NCBI GenBank assembly: GCA_037481795.1
Contig: JBBFLA010000004.1
Coordinates: 42,673 to 106,672, forward strand
Direction: 5' to 3'
DNA length: 64,000 nucleotides
Source: Spirochaetota bacterium
GTDB taxonomy: Bacteria; Spirochaetota; UBA4802; UB4802
How positions within the stretch are numbered: the first letter of the stretch is position 1; every line of letters starts with the position of its first letter. The position numbers and the translations under genes were made by a program. The notes beneath the pieces are model-generated. The model was not told the origin of the DNA. It saw only the letters and a list, made by a program, of their open reading frames with translations, and did not search any database. Of this stretch, positions 38,394-49,460 are shown piece by piece.

Positions 38394-40496
38394 ATGGCTG
38401 ATCATAAGAAAACCCTCGTGATTGTTGAGTCACCTACAAAAGCAAAAACAATACATAAATATTTAGGAAAAGACTATATCATAGCTTCGTCGATGGGACA
38501 TATCATTGATTTGCCCAAATCGCGATTAGCAGTTGATGTAAATAATGATTTCAAGCCTGAATATATACCTATACGCGGTAAGGCAAAGTTAATAAACGAT
38601 TTAAAAAAGAAAGCAAGCGAAGCAAACAATGTTTTACTTGCAACTGACCCTGACCGTGAAGGTGAAGCAATATCATGGCATCTGTCCAATGTTTTGAAAG
38701 AAAAAAATCCAGATATAAAGCGTATTGAATTTCATGAGATAACCGAAGAAGCAATAAAAGAAGCTGTTGAAAAAGCCCGTGACATTAATATGGATCTGGT
38801 AAATGCACAGCAGGCACGACGTATTCTGGACAGGCTTGTAGGTTACTATTTAAGCCCAATATTATGGAAAAAGGTTAAGAAGGGATTATCAGCGGGAAGA
38901 GTACAATCTGTTGCATTGCGGGTTATATGTGAACGCGAGAAAGAAATTGAAAATTTTATTCCACAGGAATACTGGACTCTTGATGCGCTGTTTGAACATC
39001 ATAAGCAGGAGTTTGTGGCATCGCTTGCTACAGAGAACGGAAATAAAATTGAATTAAAAACAAAGAACGATGTTGACAGAGTATTAAAGCTTATTGAAGG
39101 TAAACCATTTACTGTAAGTAATGTTGAACAAAAAGAAAGAAGAAGAAAACCTCAGGCTCCATATATTACCAGCAAATTGCAGCAGGATGCTGCCAGGCGT
39201 TTAGGGTTTTCCGCAAGCAAAACCATGATGGTGGCACAACAGTTGTATGAAGGTGTTACAATATCAGGCGAAGGGCAGGTTGGTTTAATTACGTACATGC
39301 GTACCGATTCAACACGGGTGTCTCCTGCAGCACTGGCTTCCGTAAGAGAATATCTTGGTAAAAATTTTTCCAAAGAGTATGTTCCTGAAACACCAAATAT
39401 TTATCCAAACAAAAAGGGGGCACAGGATGCACATGAAGCAATACGACCAACCAATATATTCAGGACTCCCGAATTAATTAAAAACGATTTAACACCTGAC
39501 CAGTACAAGTTGTATTCTTTGATATGGAAGCGGTTTGTTTCATCACAAATGACGCCAGAAGTTTCTTTAGTGGTTTCTGTTACCATGAATGTTGAAAATT
39601 TTGAATTCAGGGCAACAGGTAGCAGAGTTTTGTTTAATGGCTTTACGGTGATAGAAAAGGAGGAAAGTGCTGAAAAGAAGATTCTGCCTCCATTAGAAGT
39701 GGGGCAGGTTCTTGTCCCAAAATCATTTGACCCCCAGCAGCATTTTACTTCTCCACCTCCACGGTACAATGAAGCATCGCTGGTAAAATTTCTGGAAGAA
39801 TCAGGTATTGGCAGGCCCTCCACGTACGCTCCAACCATAAACACGCTGTTAAAGCGGTATTATGTGACCAAACATGGTAAACAGCTGGTACCTACAGTTC
39901 TGGGAAGGCTGGTCAATGACATCATGGTTTCATACTTTGAATCTCTGATAAATATTGATTTTACTGCAAAGATGGAAGAAAAATTGGATTTAGTTGAGGA
40001 AGCGCATAATGACTGGGTGAGTATGATTAAGGAATTTTACGAACCTTTCAAGTTAACTGTTCATCACGCCGAAGAACATATTGAAGATATGAAAAATATA
40101 CTGGACGAAGAAACTGATCTGATATGCGAAAAATGCGGTAGCAAAATGGTCAAGCGGTTGGGGAAATATGGATTCTTTTTAGCTTGTTCTGCGTTTCCAA
40201 AATGTTCCAATGCAAAACCTTTGCCGCTTGGCAAATGCCCCAAGTGTGGTGGCGATGTTATCAAACGTTCATCAAAACGACGCGGTGCATTTTATGCATG
40301 TAACAGGTATCCCGAGTGTGATTTTGCTACCCGTGAGCAAGCATCAGAACACGCATGTCCCAAATGCGGAAGTTTGCTTTTTATACGAAAAATAAAGAAA
40401 AAAGGCGAGATGCTTGTATGTTTGAATGAACAGTGTGGATATACAGTAACACTGTTAGATGAAGATAAAACAGATGCGGATGCACATGTAAGCTGA
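38394..40496 (+). CDS. topA: DNA topoisomerase I
   Basis: TOPRIM (LVIVESPTKAKT), catalytic Tyr region (GLITYMRTDS), and C-terminal zinc ribbons (CEKCGS..., CPKCGG..., CPKCGS...). Confidence 0.95.
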   Translation: MADHKKTLVIVESPTKAKTIHKYLGKDYIIASSMGHIIDLPKSRLAVDVNNDFKPEYIPIRGKAKLINDLKKKASEANNVLLATDPDREGEAISWHLSNVLKEKNPDIKRIEFHEITEEAIKEAVEKARDINMDLVNAQQARRILDRLVGYYLSPILWKKVKKGLSAGRVQSVALRVICEREKEIENFIPQEYWTLDALFEHHKQEFVASLATENGNKIELKTKNDVDRVLKLIEGKPFTVSNVEQKERRRKPQAPYITSKLQQDAARRLGFSASKTMMVAQQLYEGVTISGEGQVGLITYMRTDSTRVSPAALASVREYLGKNFSKEYVPETPNIYPNKKGAQDAHEAIRPTNIFRTPELIKNDLTPDQYKLYSLIWKRFVSSQMTPEVSLVVSVTMNVENFEFRATGSRVLFNGFTVIEKEESAEKKILPPLEVGQVLVPKSFDPQQHFTSPPPRYNEASLVKFLEESGIGRPSTYAPTINTLLKRYYVTKHGKQLVPTVLGRLVNDIMVSYFESLINIDFTAKMEEKLDLVEEAHNDWVSMIKEFYEPFKLTVHHAEEHIEDMKNILDEETDLICEKCGSKMVKRLGKYGFFLACSAFPKCSNAKPLPLGKCPKCGGDVIKRSSKRRGAFYACNRYPECDFATREQASEHACPKCGSLLFIRKIKKKGEMLVCLNEQCGYTVTLLDEDKTDADAHVS

Positions 40497-40501
40497 TACG
40501 T

Positions 40502-41410
40502 ATGGAACACTATATTGATAAATTCATGCAGTACCTTATTGCTGAGAAAAATGCCTCACCTCTGACTGTTGAATCATATGGCAAAGACCTGAATCAATTC
40601 ATGGAATTTTTATATGAAGCAGTTGACCCTGAATCAGTTACTATCGCCGCTATAACAACAAACGATATACGTGATTTTATTGATTATTGCTTTGAAAAAG
40701 GAAATGAACTTTCAACAATTGAACGAAAGGTTGCAACGTTAAAATCGTTTTTTAAGTATCTGGAATTTCATAACTATATAGATGATAATCCTGCCCGCGA
40801 CATTCATTACTCTAAACAAAAGAATTGTTTGCCAACGTTTTTAACCTTTGACCAGATTCAGGCACTGGTTACATTTCAATGCAGAAGTTTTAGCGACTAT
40901 CGCGACAAAGCACTGCTGGAAGTGTTTTATTCCACGGGGGCGCGCGTTTGGGAAATAGCAAATGCAAACATTGATGATTGTGATTATAAAACAGGAAGAT
41001 TAAAGGTGCTGGGCAAGGGTTCAAAAGAGAGAATTGTGTTTTTGAATGATACTGCTGTAACAGCATTGCAAGAATATCTGGAGGAACGCAAAAAAAAATT
41101 CAATTGTTTAACCAATCCCTTATTTGTAAATAATAATGGCAAACGATTGACAACACGAGGCATTTTTTATATTATTGATAAAAGAGCAACCAGTGCACAG
41201 TTATGGAAATCGGTTACACCGCATGTGTTGCGCCACAGCTTTGCAACCGAGTTACTCAACAGGGGTGCTGATATCAGGGCTGTGCAGGATATGTTGGGGC
41301 ATGCGAGTATTTCTACAACACAGAAATATACTCACACCACAACAGAACGCTTGAAAGAATTATATCAGAAGTATCATCCCCATGCACACAGGAGACATGA
41401 TAATGAATAA
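40502..41410 (+). CDS. xerC: Tyrosine recombinase XerC/XerD family
   Basis: Catalytic R...HxxR...Y: LRHSFATELLNRGADIRAVQDMLGHASISTTQKYTH; position topA-xerC-hslVU as in the Bacillus codV locus. Confidence 0.85.
   Translation: MEHYIDKFMQYLIAEKNASPLTVESYGKDLNQFMEFLYEAVDPESVTIAAITTNDIRDFIDYCFEKGNELSTIERKVATLKSFFKYLEFHNYIDDNPARDIHYSKQKNCLPTFLTFDQIQALVTFQCRSFSDYRDKALLEVFYSTGARVWEIANANIDDCDYKTGRLKVLGKGSKERIVFLNDTAVTALQEYLEERKKKFNCLTNPLFVNNNGKRLTTRGIFYIIDKRATSAQLWKSVTPHVLRHSFATELLNRGADIRAVQDMLGHASISTTQKYTHTTTERLKELYQKYHPHAHRRHDNE
40635..40648 (+). repeat. Copy of dispersed motif
   Basis: CAGTTACTATCGCC inside xerC. Confidence 0.8.
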
Positions 41411-41948
41411 TACTTCAATGCGTGGCACTACAGTACTGGCAATTAAAAAAGACAATACTATTGCCATGGGTTGTGACGGGCAGGTGACGTTAGGTGATAC
41501 GGTGATTAAAAGCAAAGCAGTAAAACTTCGCAAAGTGTATGATGAAAAAATTCTTACTGGTTTTGCGGGTTCGGTGGCTGATGCGCTGACACTGTTTGAA
41601 CGGTTTGAACAAAAGTTGGAATCGTATTCAGGCAATATTCCAAGAAGTGTGGTGGAGCTTGCACGTGACTGGCGTTTAGACAGGGCTTTGCGCAGGCTGG
41701 AAGCAGTACTGATTGTTGGTAACCCACAATACCTTTATTTAATTAGCGGAAACGGTGAAATCATTGAGCCTGATGATGGCATCATTGGTATTGGTTCTGG
41801 TGGAAGCTATGCGCTGGCAGCAGCACGAGCGCTGGTACGTAACACCACGTTGAATGCATATGATATTGTGAAGCAGTCATTGCTTATTGCATCAGAGATC
41901 TGCATCTATTCAAACAGCAATATTATAATTGAGGAGATCAAAGCATAA
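41403..41948 (+). CDS. hslV: ATP-dependent protease subunit HslV (ClpQ)
   Basis: [23 protein letters not shown] and [17 protein letters not shown]; ATG at 41403 has GGAG 8 nt upstream and overlaps the xerC stop; the ORF-track start 41382 is probably too early. Confidence 0.9.
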   Translation: MNNTSMRGTTVLAIKKDNTIAMGCDGQVTLGDTVIKSKAVKLRKVYDEKILTGFAGSVADALTLFERFEQKLESYSGNIPRSVVELARDWRLDRALRRLEAVLIVGNPQYLYLISGNGEIIEPDDGIIGIGSGGSYALAAARALVRNTTLNAYDIVKQSLLIASEICIYSNSNIIIEEIKA

Positions 41949-43360
41949 TGATTGATATTAACATTCAGTTTCCCGAAGATGGCGACCTTACTCCACGGCA
42001 GATTGTTAGTGAACTGGATAAATATATTATTGGACAAAAAGATGCAAAAAAATGTGTGGCGATAGCTCTTAGAAATAGAAGCCGCAGGAAGAAATTGGAT
42101 CCTGAGTTACAGGAAGAAATTGCACCCAAAAATATAATCATGATAGGACCCACCGGTGTAGGGAAAACAGAAATTGCACGGCGATTATCACGGCTGGTTA
42201 ATGCACCATTTATTAAAGTGGAGATTACAAAATATACCGAGGTGGGGTATGTTGGCAGGGATGTTGAATCCATGATACGCGATTTAACCTCCATTGCGGT
42301 GAACATGGTAAAGAAAGAATATGGTACAATGGTTGAGGAGAAGGCTTTAAAAAATGCCTATGACAAGATAGTTGATATCATCATTCCTAAAAAAGGATTT
42401 GAATTCGATGACCGGCAGATTTCAGGTTTTCATATAGAAAGGGAATCAATTTTTGAATCGGATACATTGTATGAGCAGATGCGCGCACAATATATGGAAG
42501 ATTTAAAAAGCGGAAAGTTAGATGATCTTGAGATTGAATATGAATCCGAAGCACCCAATGTTATACCGGTTATGTCAATTATGGGTGGTTCGGGCCTTGA
42601 GGATATTGACCTTCAGATTCAATCCATGCTGGGTGATTTGATGCCAAAAAAATCCAGGCGAAAAAAAAGTACCGTGAAAGATGCGCTGCGTATATTTATT
42701 GCCGAAGAAACAGAAAAGCTTATAGATATGGAAAAAGTTACCAATGAAGCTATACGGCGCGTTGAAGATATGGGGATAGTCTTTATAGATGAAATAGATA
42801 AAATTGCTGGTGCCGAATCAAAAACAGGGCCTGATGTGTCCCGTCAGGGGGTACAGAGAGATTTACTTCCCATTGTTGAAGGAACAACAGTCAATACAAA
42901 ATATGGTCCTGTCAAAACCAATCATATACTATTCATTGCAGCAGGCGCATTCAATATTTCAAAGCCTTCTGACCTTATTCCTGAATTGCAGGGACGGTTT
43001 CCAATACGTGTTGAGCTGTCCTCATTAACCGAAGAGGACTTTAGAAAAATACTAACGGTGCCAAAAAATTCACTTACCCTTCAATACAAAGAGCTTCTTA
43101 AAACAGAAGGCGTAACTATTGAGTTTACGGATGACGGTATTGCTGAAATAGCAAAGACAGCACAGATACTCAATGAGGAGCATGAAAACATAGGTGCACG
43201 AAGGCTGCACACCATCATGGAAAAGCTTCTGGAAGATATACTTTTTGATGCGCCAGATTTAGACGATGCCCATAAAAATTTTGTTATTAATGCTGAATTT
43301 GTCAAAGCCAAGCTTGGCCCAACTATAAAAAATAAGGATTTATCACGGTATATATTGTAG
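41948..43360 (+). CDS. hslU: ATP-dependent protease ATPase subunit HslU (ClpY)
   Basis: Walker [16 protein letters not shown], Walker [10 protein letters not shown]; 470 aa. Confidence 0.95.
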   Translation: MIDINIQFPEDGDLTPRQIVSELDKYIIGQKDAKKCVAIALRNRSRRKKLDPELQEEIAPKNIIMIGPTGVGKTEIARRLSRLVNAPFIKVEITKYTEVGYVGRDVESMIRDLTSIAVNMVKKEYGTMVEEKALKNAYDKIVDIIIPKKGFEFDDRQISGFHIERESIFESDTLYEQMRAQYMEDLKSGKLDDLEIEYESEAPNVIPVMSIMGGSGLEDIDLQIQSMLGDLMPKKSRRKKSTVKDALRIFIAEETEKLIDMEKVTNEAIRRVEDMGIVFIDEIDKIAGAESKTGPDVSRQGVQRDLLPIVEGTTVNTKYGPVKTNHILFIAAGAFNISKPSDLIPELQGRFPIRVELSSLTEEDFRKILTVPKNSLTLQYKELLKTEGVTIEFTDDGIAEIAKTAQILNEEHENIGARRLHTIMEKLLEDILFDAPDLDDAHKNFVINAEFVKAKLGPTIKNKDLSRYIL

Positions 43361-43365
43361 GGAAG

Positions 43366-44256
43366 TTAATGTACCTTCTCCTTCTTTAACACTATCTTTT
43401 GCAATTCTTCCTGGGTAAACCAGTATTCTTTTTTACAAAAAACGCAGGTGATATGCGCACCATGATCTTTTTGTATCATATCTTCCAATTCCTGGGTTTC
43501 AACTGATTCAAGTATAGTTGCTAACAGTTCTTTTGTGCACCTGCACCTGTGCTGCAAGGGCAATGAGCCAATCTCTTTGATTTCTTTGCCAATAAGCTCT
43601 TCAATAATGGCTTTAATTAATTTTTCTTCTTCAAGATTTTTATCCAGTGAAAAGCCGCTTTGCAACCTGTGTTCAATTAATTCAATAACATGTGATGGTG
43701 TATTGGGAAATGTTTGTATTAAAATCCCCCCTGAACGTGTAATAGCGCCTTCTTTATTGCAATTGACCGCCAGTATCAGTGCTGAAGGTATTTGCTCTGA
43801 CTCCAGTAAGTAGTAGGCAATATCTTTTGCAATGTCACCATAAATAATGGGCGAAACACTCTTATAGGGCTCACGTAAACCTAAATCCCGTGTTACGGTA
43901 ATGACGCCTGCACCTAATGCTTTAGATATATTTAACATTTCTGATTCTAGTATCAGGTCAACATTGGGATTGCCAACATATCCTCGTACATTTCCTTTGC
44001 CGTCAACCTGTACCACTATCTCCTTTAAAGGGCCACTGCAGCTAATATGTATGCTCAACGTATCGTTTGAATGCGGTTTAAGTGAAGAAGCAGCAAGGAG
44101 CAGGGCAGCGTTTAGTGTGCGTCCAAATGCTATGGTTGCATGTGGTGTTGTGTTGTGAATGCTTGTTATCTCCTGCAATACATTTTTAGTCAGTGCAGCA
44201 TAGATCCTGAGATTGTAGTCCTGGCAGATGTATCGTAAGCTTAGATTATCTTCCAT
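43366..44256 (-). CDS. hslO: Redox-regulated chaperone Hsp33
   Basis: C-terminal zinc centre CRC...CVFC; 296 aa. Confidence 0.85.
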   Translation of the reverse strand: MEDNLSLRYICQDYNLRIYAALTKNVLQEITSIHNTTPHATIAFGRTLNAALLLAASSLKPHSNDTLSIHISCSGPLKEIVVQVDGKGNVRGYVGNPNVDLILESEMLNISKALGAGVITVTRDLGLREPYKSVSPIIYGDIAKDIAYYLLESEQIPSALILAVNCNKEGAITRSGGILIQTFPNTPSHVIELIEHRLQSGFSLDKNLEEEKLIKAIIEELIGKEIKEIGSLPLQHRCRCTKELLATILESVETQELEDMIQKDHGAHITCVFCKKEYWFTQEELQKIVLKKEKVH

Positions 44257-44271
44257 GGTAACTATCGCCCC
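44257..44271 (+). repeat. Copy of dispersed motif
   Basis: GGTAACTATCGCCCC in the 15-nt gap between the AOR paralog stop and the hslO start. Confidence 0.8.
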
Positions 44272-46146
44272 TTAAAATTCACGTAATGATTCATGTACAC
44301 CTTTTAAAATTTCGAACCAGTAGTTATATGCAGCTTCTTGTGGGTTTTGTTCAAATTGTGAGATCCAGTGCAATAACTCTTTGTCGTTTACTTTTTCAAC
44401 CTCATGCTGTCGCTTCAAATACATTTTAATAAAATCAATGTTTCTGGTTGATTCCCAGTAAATTGATACGTTGCGGCTGTTGATTCTACTTGCTGTCATG
44501 TCAAGATTTGCTAAAAATTCTTTATGCATACCATACAGTGAATTCATGATTTCGGGGATCATGTCCTCAGCCCACAGCCTGTGAAAACGGCAAAATCCAG
44601 TGTTGTCAAGCATAAGCTCCTTGATCATACGATGCGCATTTTTGCGGCCTAACTCACGTGGTGGTAAAAAATCATATCCGTAGTACATATAATACTTACC
44701 CATAATGGGCATGGGCGATAGTACACCAGGAACCCAGTACTGGTTGGGAACAATCCAGCCCTTACGTGCGTTGGCGTTATACACAAAGCAATCAATGATA
44801 TCCTTGCTTTTTTCACGAGCTAATTTGCGGGCAAATTTTCGTGCCCCTTCGGTAAAATCCAGTATTCCTTTTTTGTAAATAATTGCATCTAAAAGCTGGA
44901 TTCCAATCTCAGCATTGTGTTTTGAATCGGTTTGGGCACTGAAGTTAACATGCGAAAAAACAGGTAGATGCGTGACACCCGCTTCTTCAGGTTTTATGAG
45001 TTTTTGATCAAGGCATTCCATAAGCCACGATAGCACCCCACCAACTGAAATGGCATCAAACCCATACATATCAGCTTTGTGGACAAGCATCTCAGCTGAT
45101 CTCTGATCAAAAACACCACACTGCGGTCCCATTGCCTGGTACGGTTCATAATCTTTTTTGTAAATATCGCGCATCTTTTTACAAACGGCAGTACAGGGCT
45201 CACCGCAGGTTTTCATGCTTTTGGTTGCGATAGTTTCTTCATTAAATTGTTTCAGGTAATGATCAACAACAAGCTTTTGATGAATAGCAAGCCTTTCTTC
45301 TTCGGTCATGTAAATTGAGCGATAGTTAAATGCAAGTAACTTACCGCCAATAGTAGCAAAATTAACGCCAAATGTACCTCCAGTATTAAACTGCGGGTCA
45401 AAGCGATATTTAGTTGTTGCTTCTAAGTCTTTGGCTGCTAACTTTTTGCTGTATTTATCAATAAACCATTCGTCGGCAACTTTACGGTCACGGAAGTCTT
45501 CATCTATATATGTACCACCGTATATTATTGCGGCAATTCCATGTTCACGAAAAAGCTTTGAGCCAAATCCGCCACGTCCAGCCCATGTATCAACCCAGGT
45601 GAGCGTGCCATCTTTCACAGGTGCCGAACACAGTGCGCCAAAATCTGTTGTATATGAAGCAGGACCAGTGGCTATTACGCGTGGATCAGTTAAATATTTG
45701 CCAGCAAACATGGATAGAACTTCATGCATCAGGGAATACACACCACCGTGTCCGCTTTCCCATATTCTGAATACATCAATGGGTTTTATTTCAATTTCAA
45801 TTTCTTCTCCATGAATACGGTTAAGATACAGCACCGAAGGTGTTGGGGCCTTTTTGGAAAGAGCAATCATGTTTATGCCTAAGTTATCAAACACAAGGCC
45901 TGCACCACCCATTGATGAAATAAAGAAGCTATTCCAGCAGGGTGAATATCCATTGACAAACAGCCTGTTTGAGCCAGGGAAGATTGAGCCAGCTAACACT
46001 CCAACGCCAATATTTGTGGTATAGTAGCGCTGTGCAATGTGCAGACCCAGGTCAACAGGACCAAAAAAATCACCAATAGGGTATCTTGCTAAGCGATAGT
46101 AACCGGTGGAGAGGTCTATGAAAAGTACTTTTTGATGATGTTGCAT
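44272..46146 (-). CDS. Aldehyde:ferredoxin oxidoreductase-family protein (divergent AOR paralog)
   Basis: AOR N-terminal domain pattern (VLFIDLSTG...), 4Fe-4S cysteine ligands (CGEPCTAVC). ORF track starts at GTG 46173; ATG at 46146 has RBS CAGGAG. Confidence 0.65.
   Translation of the reverse strand: MQHHQKVLFIDLSTGYYRLARYPIGDFFGPVDLGLHIAQRYYTTNIGVGVLAGSIFPGSNRLFVNGYSPCWNSFFISSMGGAGLVFDNLGINMIALSKKAPTPSVLYLNRIHGEEIEIEIKPIDVFRIWESGHGGVYSLMHEVLSMFAGKYLTDPRVIATGPASYTTDFGALCSAPVKDGTLTWVDTWAGRGGFGSKLFREHGIAAIIYGGTYIDEDFRDRKVADEWFIDKYSKKLAAKDLEATTKYRFDPQFNTGGTFGVNFATIGGKLLAFNYRSIYMTEEERLAIHQKLVVDHYLKQFNEETIATKSMKTCGEPCTAVCKKMRDIYKKDYEPYQAMGPQCGVFDQRSAEMLVHKADMYGFDAISVGGVLSWLMECLDQKLIKPEEAGVTHLPVFSHVNFSAQTDSKHNAEIGIQLLDAIIYKKGILDFTEGARKFARKLAREKSKDIIDCFVYNANARKGWIVPNQYWVPGVLSPMPIMGKYYMYYGYDFLPPRELGRKNAHRMIKELMLDNTGFCRFHRLWAEDMIPEIMNSLYGMHKEFLANLDMTASRINSRNVSIYWESTRNIDFIKMYLKRQHEVEKVNDKELLHWISQFEQNPQEAAYNYWFEILKGVHESLREF
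46093..46106 (-). repeat. Copy of dispersed motif
   Basis: GCGATAGTAACCGG inside the AOR paralog (reverse complement CCGGTTACTATCGC). Confidence 0.8.
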
Positions 46147-46189
46147 GGTGCGCTCCTGAAAATAGGATTTCACAGGTGATATTCTAAAA

Positions 46190-47206
46190 TTATGCTTTCA
46201 ATAGTACTGGTTCCTGTATATCAGCAGAATGAAATTGTAATGTAATAGTATTAAACACAGTACGTAAAAAAGCAATATTTTCTTTATGCGGGCCATAATA
46301 TTCTGCAATATTGTGTTGTGGCAGTTTAATAGTTAATGTTTGTATCTTGTTATTCTGTAAAAAGGTTTTAATTTGATGTTCTAACGTATTGCGAAAGTAT
46401 CGTGATTTTACTAAGTAGCCAAATGATGGATGATATGGTCCGGCAATGATGGTATCAGCTACTGCATCATCAAAGGGATGTAAACCCATTCTGATCACTT
46501 TAATATTGTCTCTGGTAAATATGCCGTATATATGAGCACATAATTCAATAGCTTCATCCAATAATAAAGGCGTATATTTTCCTTCTTTGTATAATGTTTC
46601 TAATTGGGTATCTTTAATGACAACAGCAGGATAGATACGTACTCCATCAGGTTGTAATAATACTGTTTTATGTGCTGTTTCAATTGACTTTTCAAAAGAA
46701 TCACCAGGTAGGCCTGGCATAAGCTGAATTATAAGATTAAATTTATATTCTTTAATGAGCTTTGAAGCATCTATTATATTCTGTACTGTATGACCCCGTT
46801 GTGATAGTTGGAGTACATCATCATGCATTGATTGAGCCCCTAATTCAACCGTTGTAACTCCATATTCTCTGAGCAATGAAAGCGTTTTATGGGTTATGTA
46901 ATCAGGGCGAGTTGATAAGCGTATGCCGTCAATTTTATGCAATGAATAGTAAGAATAAGCTATTGCTAAATAATTTTTTTGAATTTCTTCATCCAGGCCG
47001 GTAAAGCTACCGCCAAAAAAAGCAATTTCAATGTGTGTTACACCCGGTTTTATGGTTTGTAAGTACTGTTCAATTTTTTGAACAATATATTCTTTATTGG
47101 GAAGGGAACGTGTATTGCTAGTATATATCTGGTTACAGAACACACATCGGTTCCTGCAACCAGAATGTGGTATAAAGAATGGGATTGTTACATGTGTTTT
47201 AGGCAT
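46190..47206 (-). CDS. Radical SAM protein (TIGR01212/YhcC-like)
   Basis: N-terminal canonical CRNRCVFCNQ (CX3CX2C) 15 aa from the start; ~338 aa. Confidence 0.65.
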   Translation of the reverse strand: MPKTHVTIPFFIPHSGCRNRCVFCNQIYTSNTRSLPNKEYIVQKIEQYLQTIKPGVTHIEIAFFGGSFTGLDEEIQKNYLAIAYSYYSLHKIDGIRLSTRPDYITHKTLSLLREYGVTTVELGAQSMHDDVLQLSQRGHTVQNIIDASKLIKEYKFNLIIQLMPGLPGDSFEKSIETAHKTVLLQPDGVRIYPAVVIKDTQLETLYKEGKYTPLLLDEAIELCAHIYGIFTRDNIKVIRMGLHPFDDAVADTIIAGPYHPSFGYLVKSRYFRNTLEHQIKTFLQNNKIQTLTIKLPQHNIAEYYGPHKENIAFLRTVFNTITLQFHSADIQEPVLLKA

Positions 47207-47375
47207 GTAGTAATTTTATCACTTATTATTCAGAAATTCTTTTAAATACTGTAATGGGCGGATTTTGCTGTTTTCAATAGGTGTTTGCCGGTAATAAATT
47301 CATACCAATAATACACAGAATCCAGAAGAATAAAAAAGTTAAAAAAATAATAAGTGCATTATATGGTATTATATT

Positions 47376-48545
47376 TTATTTAAAATGCACATTAAATATA
47401 ACTATCTCAGGATAGCTGTTGGTTCGTATAGGAGGCCCCCATGTACCATATCCACTTGATACATACACGTGAGTATTATGAATTACTTTGTATCCCCAGC
47501 TGATTTCATAGAGTTTTTTTGTGATATAGTTAAATGGGAATAATTGACCATGATGTGAATGGCCAGAAAGAAGAAGGTCAACAGGATATGAAGCTGTTTG
47601 TGATAGTTTAAATGGTTGATGGTCAATGACTATAATAGGTTTTGAAACATTTACCTGTTTTATTAAATTTTCTAATGATAAACGCCTAAAACCGGTAAAT
47701 GCAAATTTGCTTCTATCATCGCGCCCTATAATCTGTATATCACCAATGGTATACACTTCATCCCGTAAAACCTGTATATTATGATCTTTGATATAGTTAA
47801 TAGCGTTATCTATTCCCCCAATATATTCATGGTTTCCGGGTACTGCAATAACACCGTATCTGGCTTTCAGCTGTACCAGAAGCTCACCTAAATTATTTTC
47901 TATAACGGGTTTGATATCTTCATCAAGTATATCACCCCCAAAAATGATGAGATCTGGCTGTGCGTTATTTATAAGCCTTACCAGGTTTTGCAAACGAGAG
48001 TTTGCTATGATTGACCCCAGATGGATATCGCTGGCATACACTATTTTCAGGTGCTTTAATGATGAAGGCTTATTAATATGAATAGTTATTTCCTTTACAT
48101 GAGGTGTTCGCGCGTTAATAAATCCTGCAGATGTGATAACTATAGTTACAATAATGACTATGCAGTAGGCTGTCTTTTGAACATTAAGTGTTTTTGTAAA
48201 CAGATGAACTATTCCCTGGATACTATCGCCAATAATAAACCCAAAAAATAAATATATAAAAATACCTAACCAGAGTGCCCCAATCCAGATGAGGAAGTCA
48301 CTGGCTGCACAAACGGTATAGCGTTCAAGTATTCTACCAACTAGAAACGAAAGAGCAAGGATGCTTATAAAAGTTGCAGCTAAAATTTTATACTGATGGG
48401 GTACCAGTTTTTGTATGCGTTGCAGCACATAAAAATTGGCTGCCAAATAGATTATAAGAATTGCTGTGAAGATGGTATAAAACATTGAACTTCTCATAGA
48501 GTTGATTCCGTTATTATGGTATATGCTAATATTAGCACAACTCAA
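47376..48545 (-). CDS. Membrane-anchored metallophosphoesterase (calcineurin-like, YkuE-like)
   Basis: 4-5 N-terminal TM helices; MPP motifs ASDIHLG, GGDILDE, GNHE, GHSH. Confidence 0.8.
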   Translation of the reverse strand: MSCANISIYHNNGINSMRSSMFYTIFTAILIIYLAANFYVLQRIQKLVPHQYKILAATFISILALSFLVGRILERYTVCAASDFLIWIGALWLGIFIYLFFGFIIGDSIQGIVHLFTKTLNVQKTAYCIVIIVTIVITSAGFINARTPHVKEITIHINKPSSLKHLKIVYASDIHLGSIIANSRLQNLVRLINNAQPDLIIFGGDILDEDIKPVIENNLGELLVQLKARYGVIAVPGNHEYIGGIDNAINYIKDHNIQVLRDEVYTIGDIQIIGRDDRSKFAFTGFRRLSLENLIKQVNVSKPIIVIDHQPFKLSQTASYPVDLLLSGHSHHGQLFPFNYITKKLYEISWGYKVIHNTHVYVSSGYGTWGPPIRTNSYPEIVIFNVHFK

Positions 48546-48669
48546 ATATTTAGTATAAATTAAATGCTTAAAATAGTAATAAAATATTTTTTGTTATTGA
48601 CTTCAATATTTATTTAAAATACAATAAATAGTGAAAGGGTACGTAAATCATAACATCGGGGTTATCATT

Positions 48670-49380
48670 ATGAAACATAAAAATATACATTTTGTTTTAT
48701 TTATTCTGGTACTTATCTTCTGCATTTATGGCGCACATCTTTATTCACAGCAAATGTTTAAAAGCAATGAATTTATTCAAACAAATATATCGCCGGATAG
48801 GTTGCAGTTTATGCCAGTCACCGAAGATTTTAGAAATTATTTTGTTTTGCAGTGTATAGGCAGTACGGTATCAGTATTGATAGGCGATTTTACCGGCATT
48901 GAAAAACTTATTAGCCTTACAAAAGACAAAAATGGTGATGGAAAGGCTGATGAAGTATATGAATATTTTCCTGAAATAAAAAAGCTGACTACTCCTTTAA
49001 AACCAACAACTGGGTTTTATAAAAATATTGATGAGTTAAAAAAAGAAATTCTAAATGGTGATATTTTCACTGTAAACTATTCATATAAAATGTATTCTTT
49101 GCCATTACTCAAGGCTAAGCTTAAAACTGGCAGGGATGTATATCGTTTTAAACATGGATATTCGGTTAAAATGTATGACCCTGATGCGCCAACAACAATT
49201 GCTGGCGAGTTTTTCTTTGGCAAAAATGAAGGGAAATATGACCTGATTTTTACCACGTACTATTACAAGCTCTACCGAACTAAAATATCACCTCCATTGA
49301 GTTATTCAGTATACTGTAAAGATACAACAGATAAATATATAGCAGATATAGTTGAAGAGCTTTTAAAGATAGTGGAATAA
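48670..49380 (+). CDS. Hypothetical secreted protein
   Basis: ATG at 48670 followed by a signal-peptide-like MKHKNIHFVLFILVLIFCIYGA; the ORF track starts at an upstream GTG. No family recognised. Confidence 0.5.
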   Translation: MKHKNIHFVLFILVLIFCIYGAHLYSQQMFKSNEFIQTNISPDRLQFMPVTEDFRNYFVLQCIGSTVSVLIGDFTGIEKLISLTKDKNGDGKADEVYEYFPEIKKLTTPLKPTTGFYKNIDELKKEILNGDIFTVNYSYKMYSLPLLKAKLKTGRDVYRFKHGYSVKMYDPDAPTTIAGEFFFGKNEGKYDLIFTTYYYKLYRTKISPPLSYSVYCKDTTDKYIADIVEELLKIVE

Positions 49381-49409
49381 ATACTTTGTTTGTATAATAT
49401 AATATAAAA

Positions 49410-49432
49410 GGGGGTGCCTTTTGGACACCCCC
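49410..49432 (+). terminator. Bidirectional rho-independent terminator between convergent genes
   Basis: GGGGGTG-N9-CACCCCC hairpin flanked by an A-run (5') and a T-rich run (3'). Confidence 0.75.
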
Positions 49433-49460
49433 TTTGTTATTATTTTATATAAAATTAATA

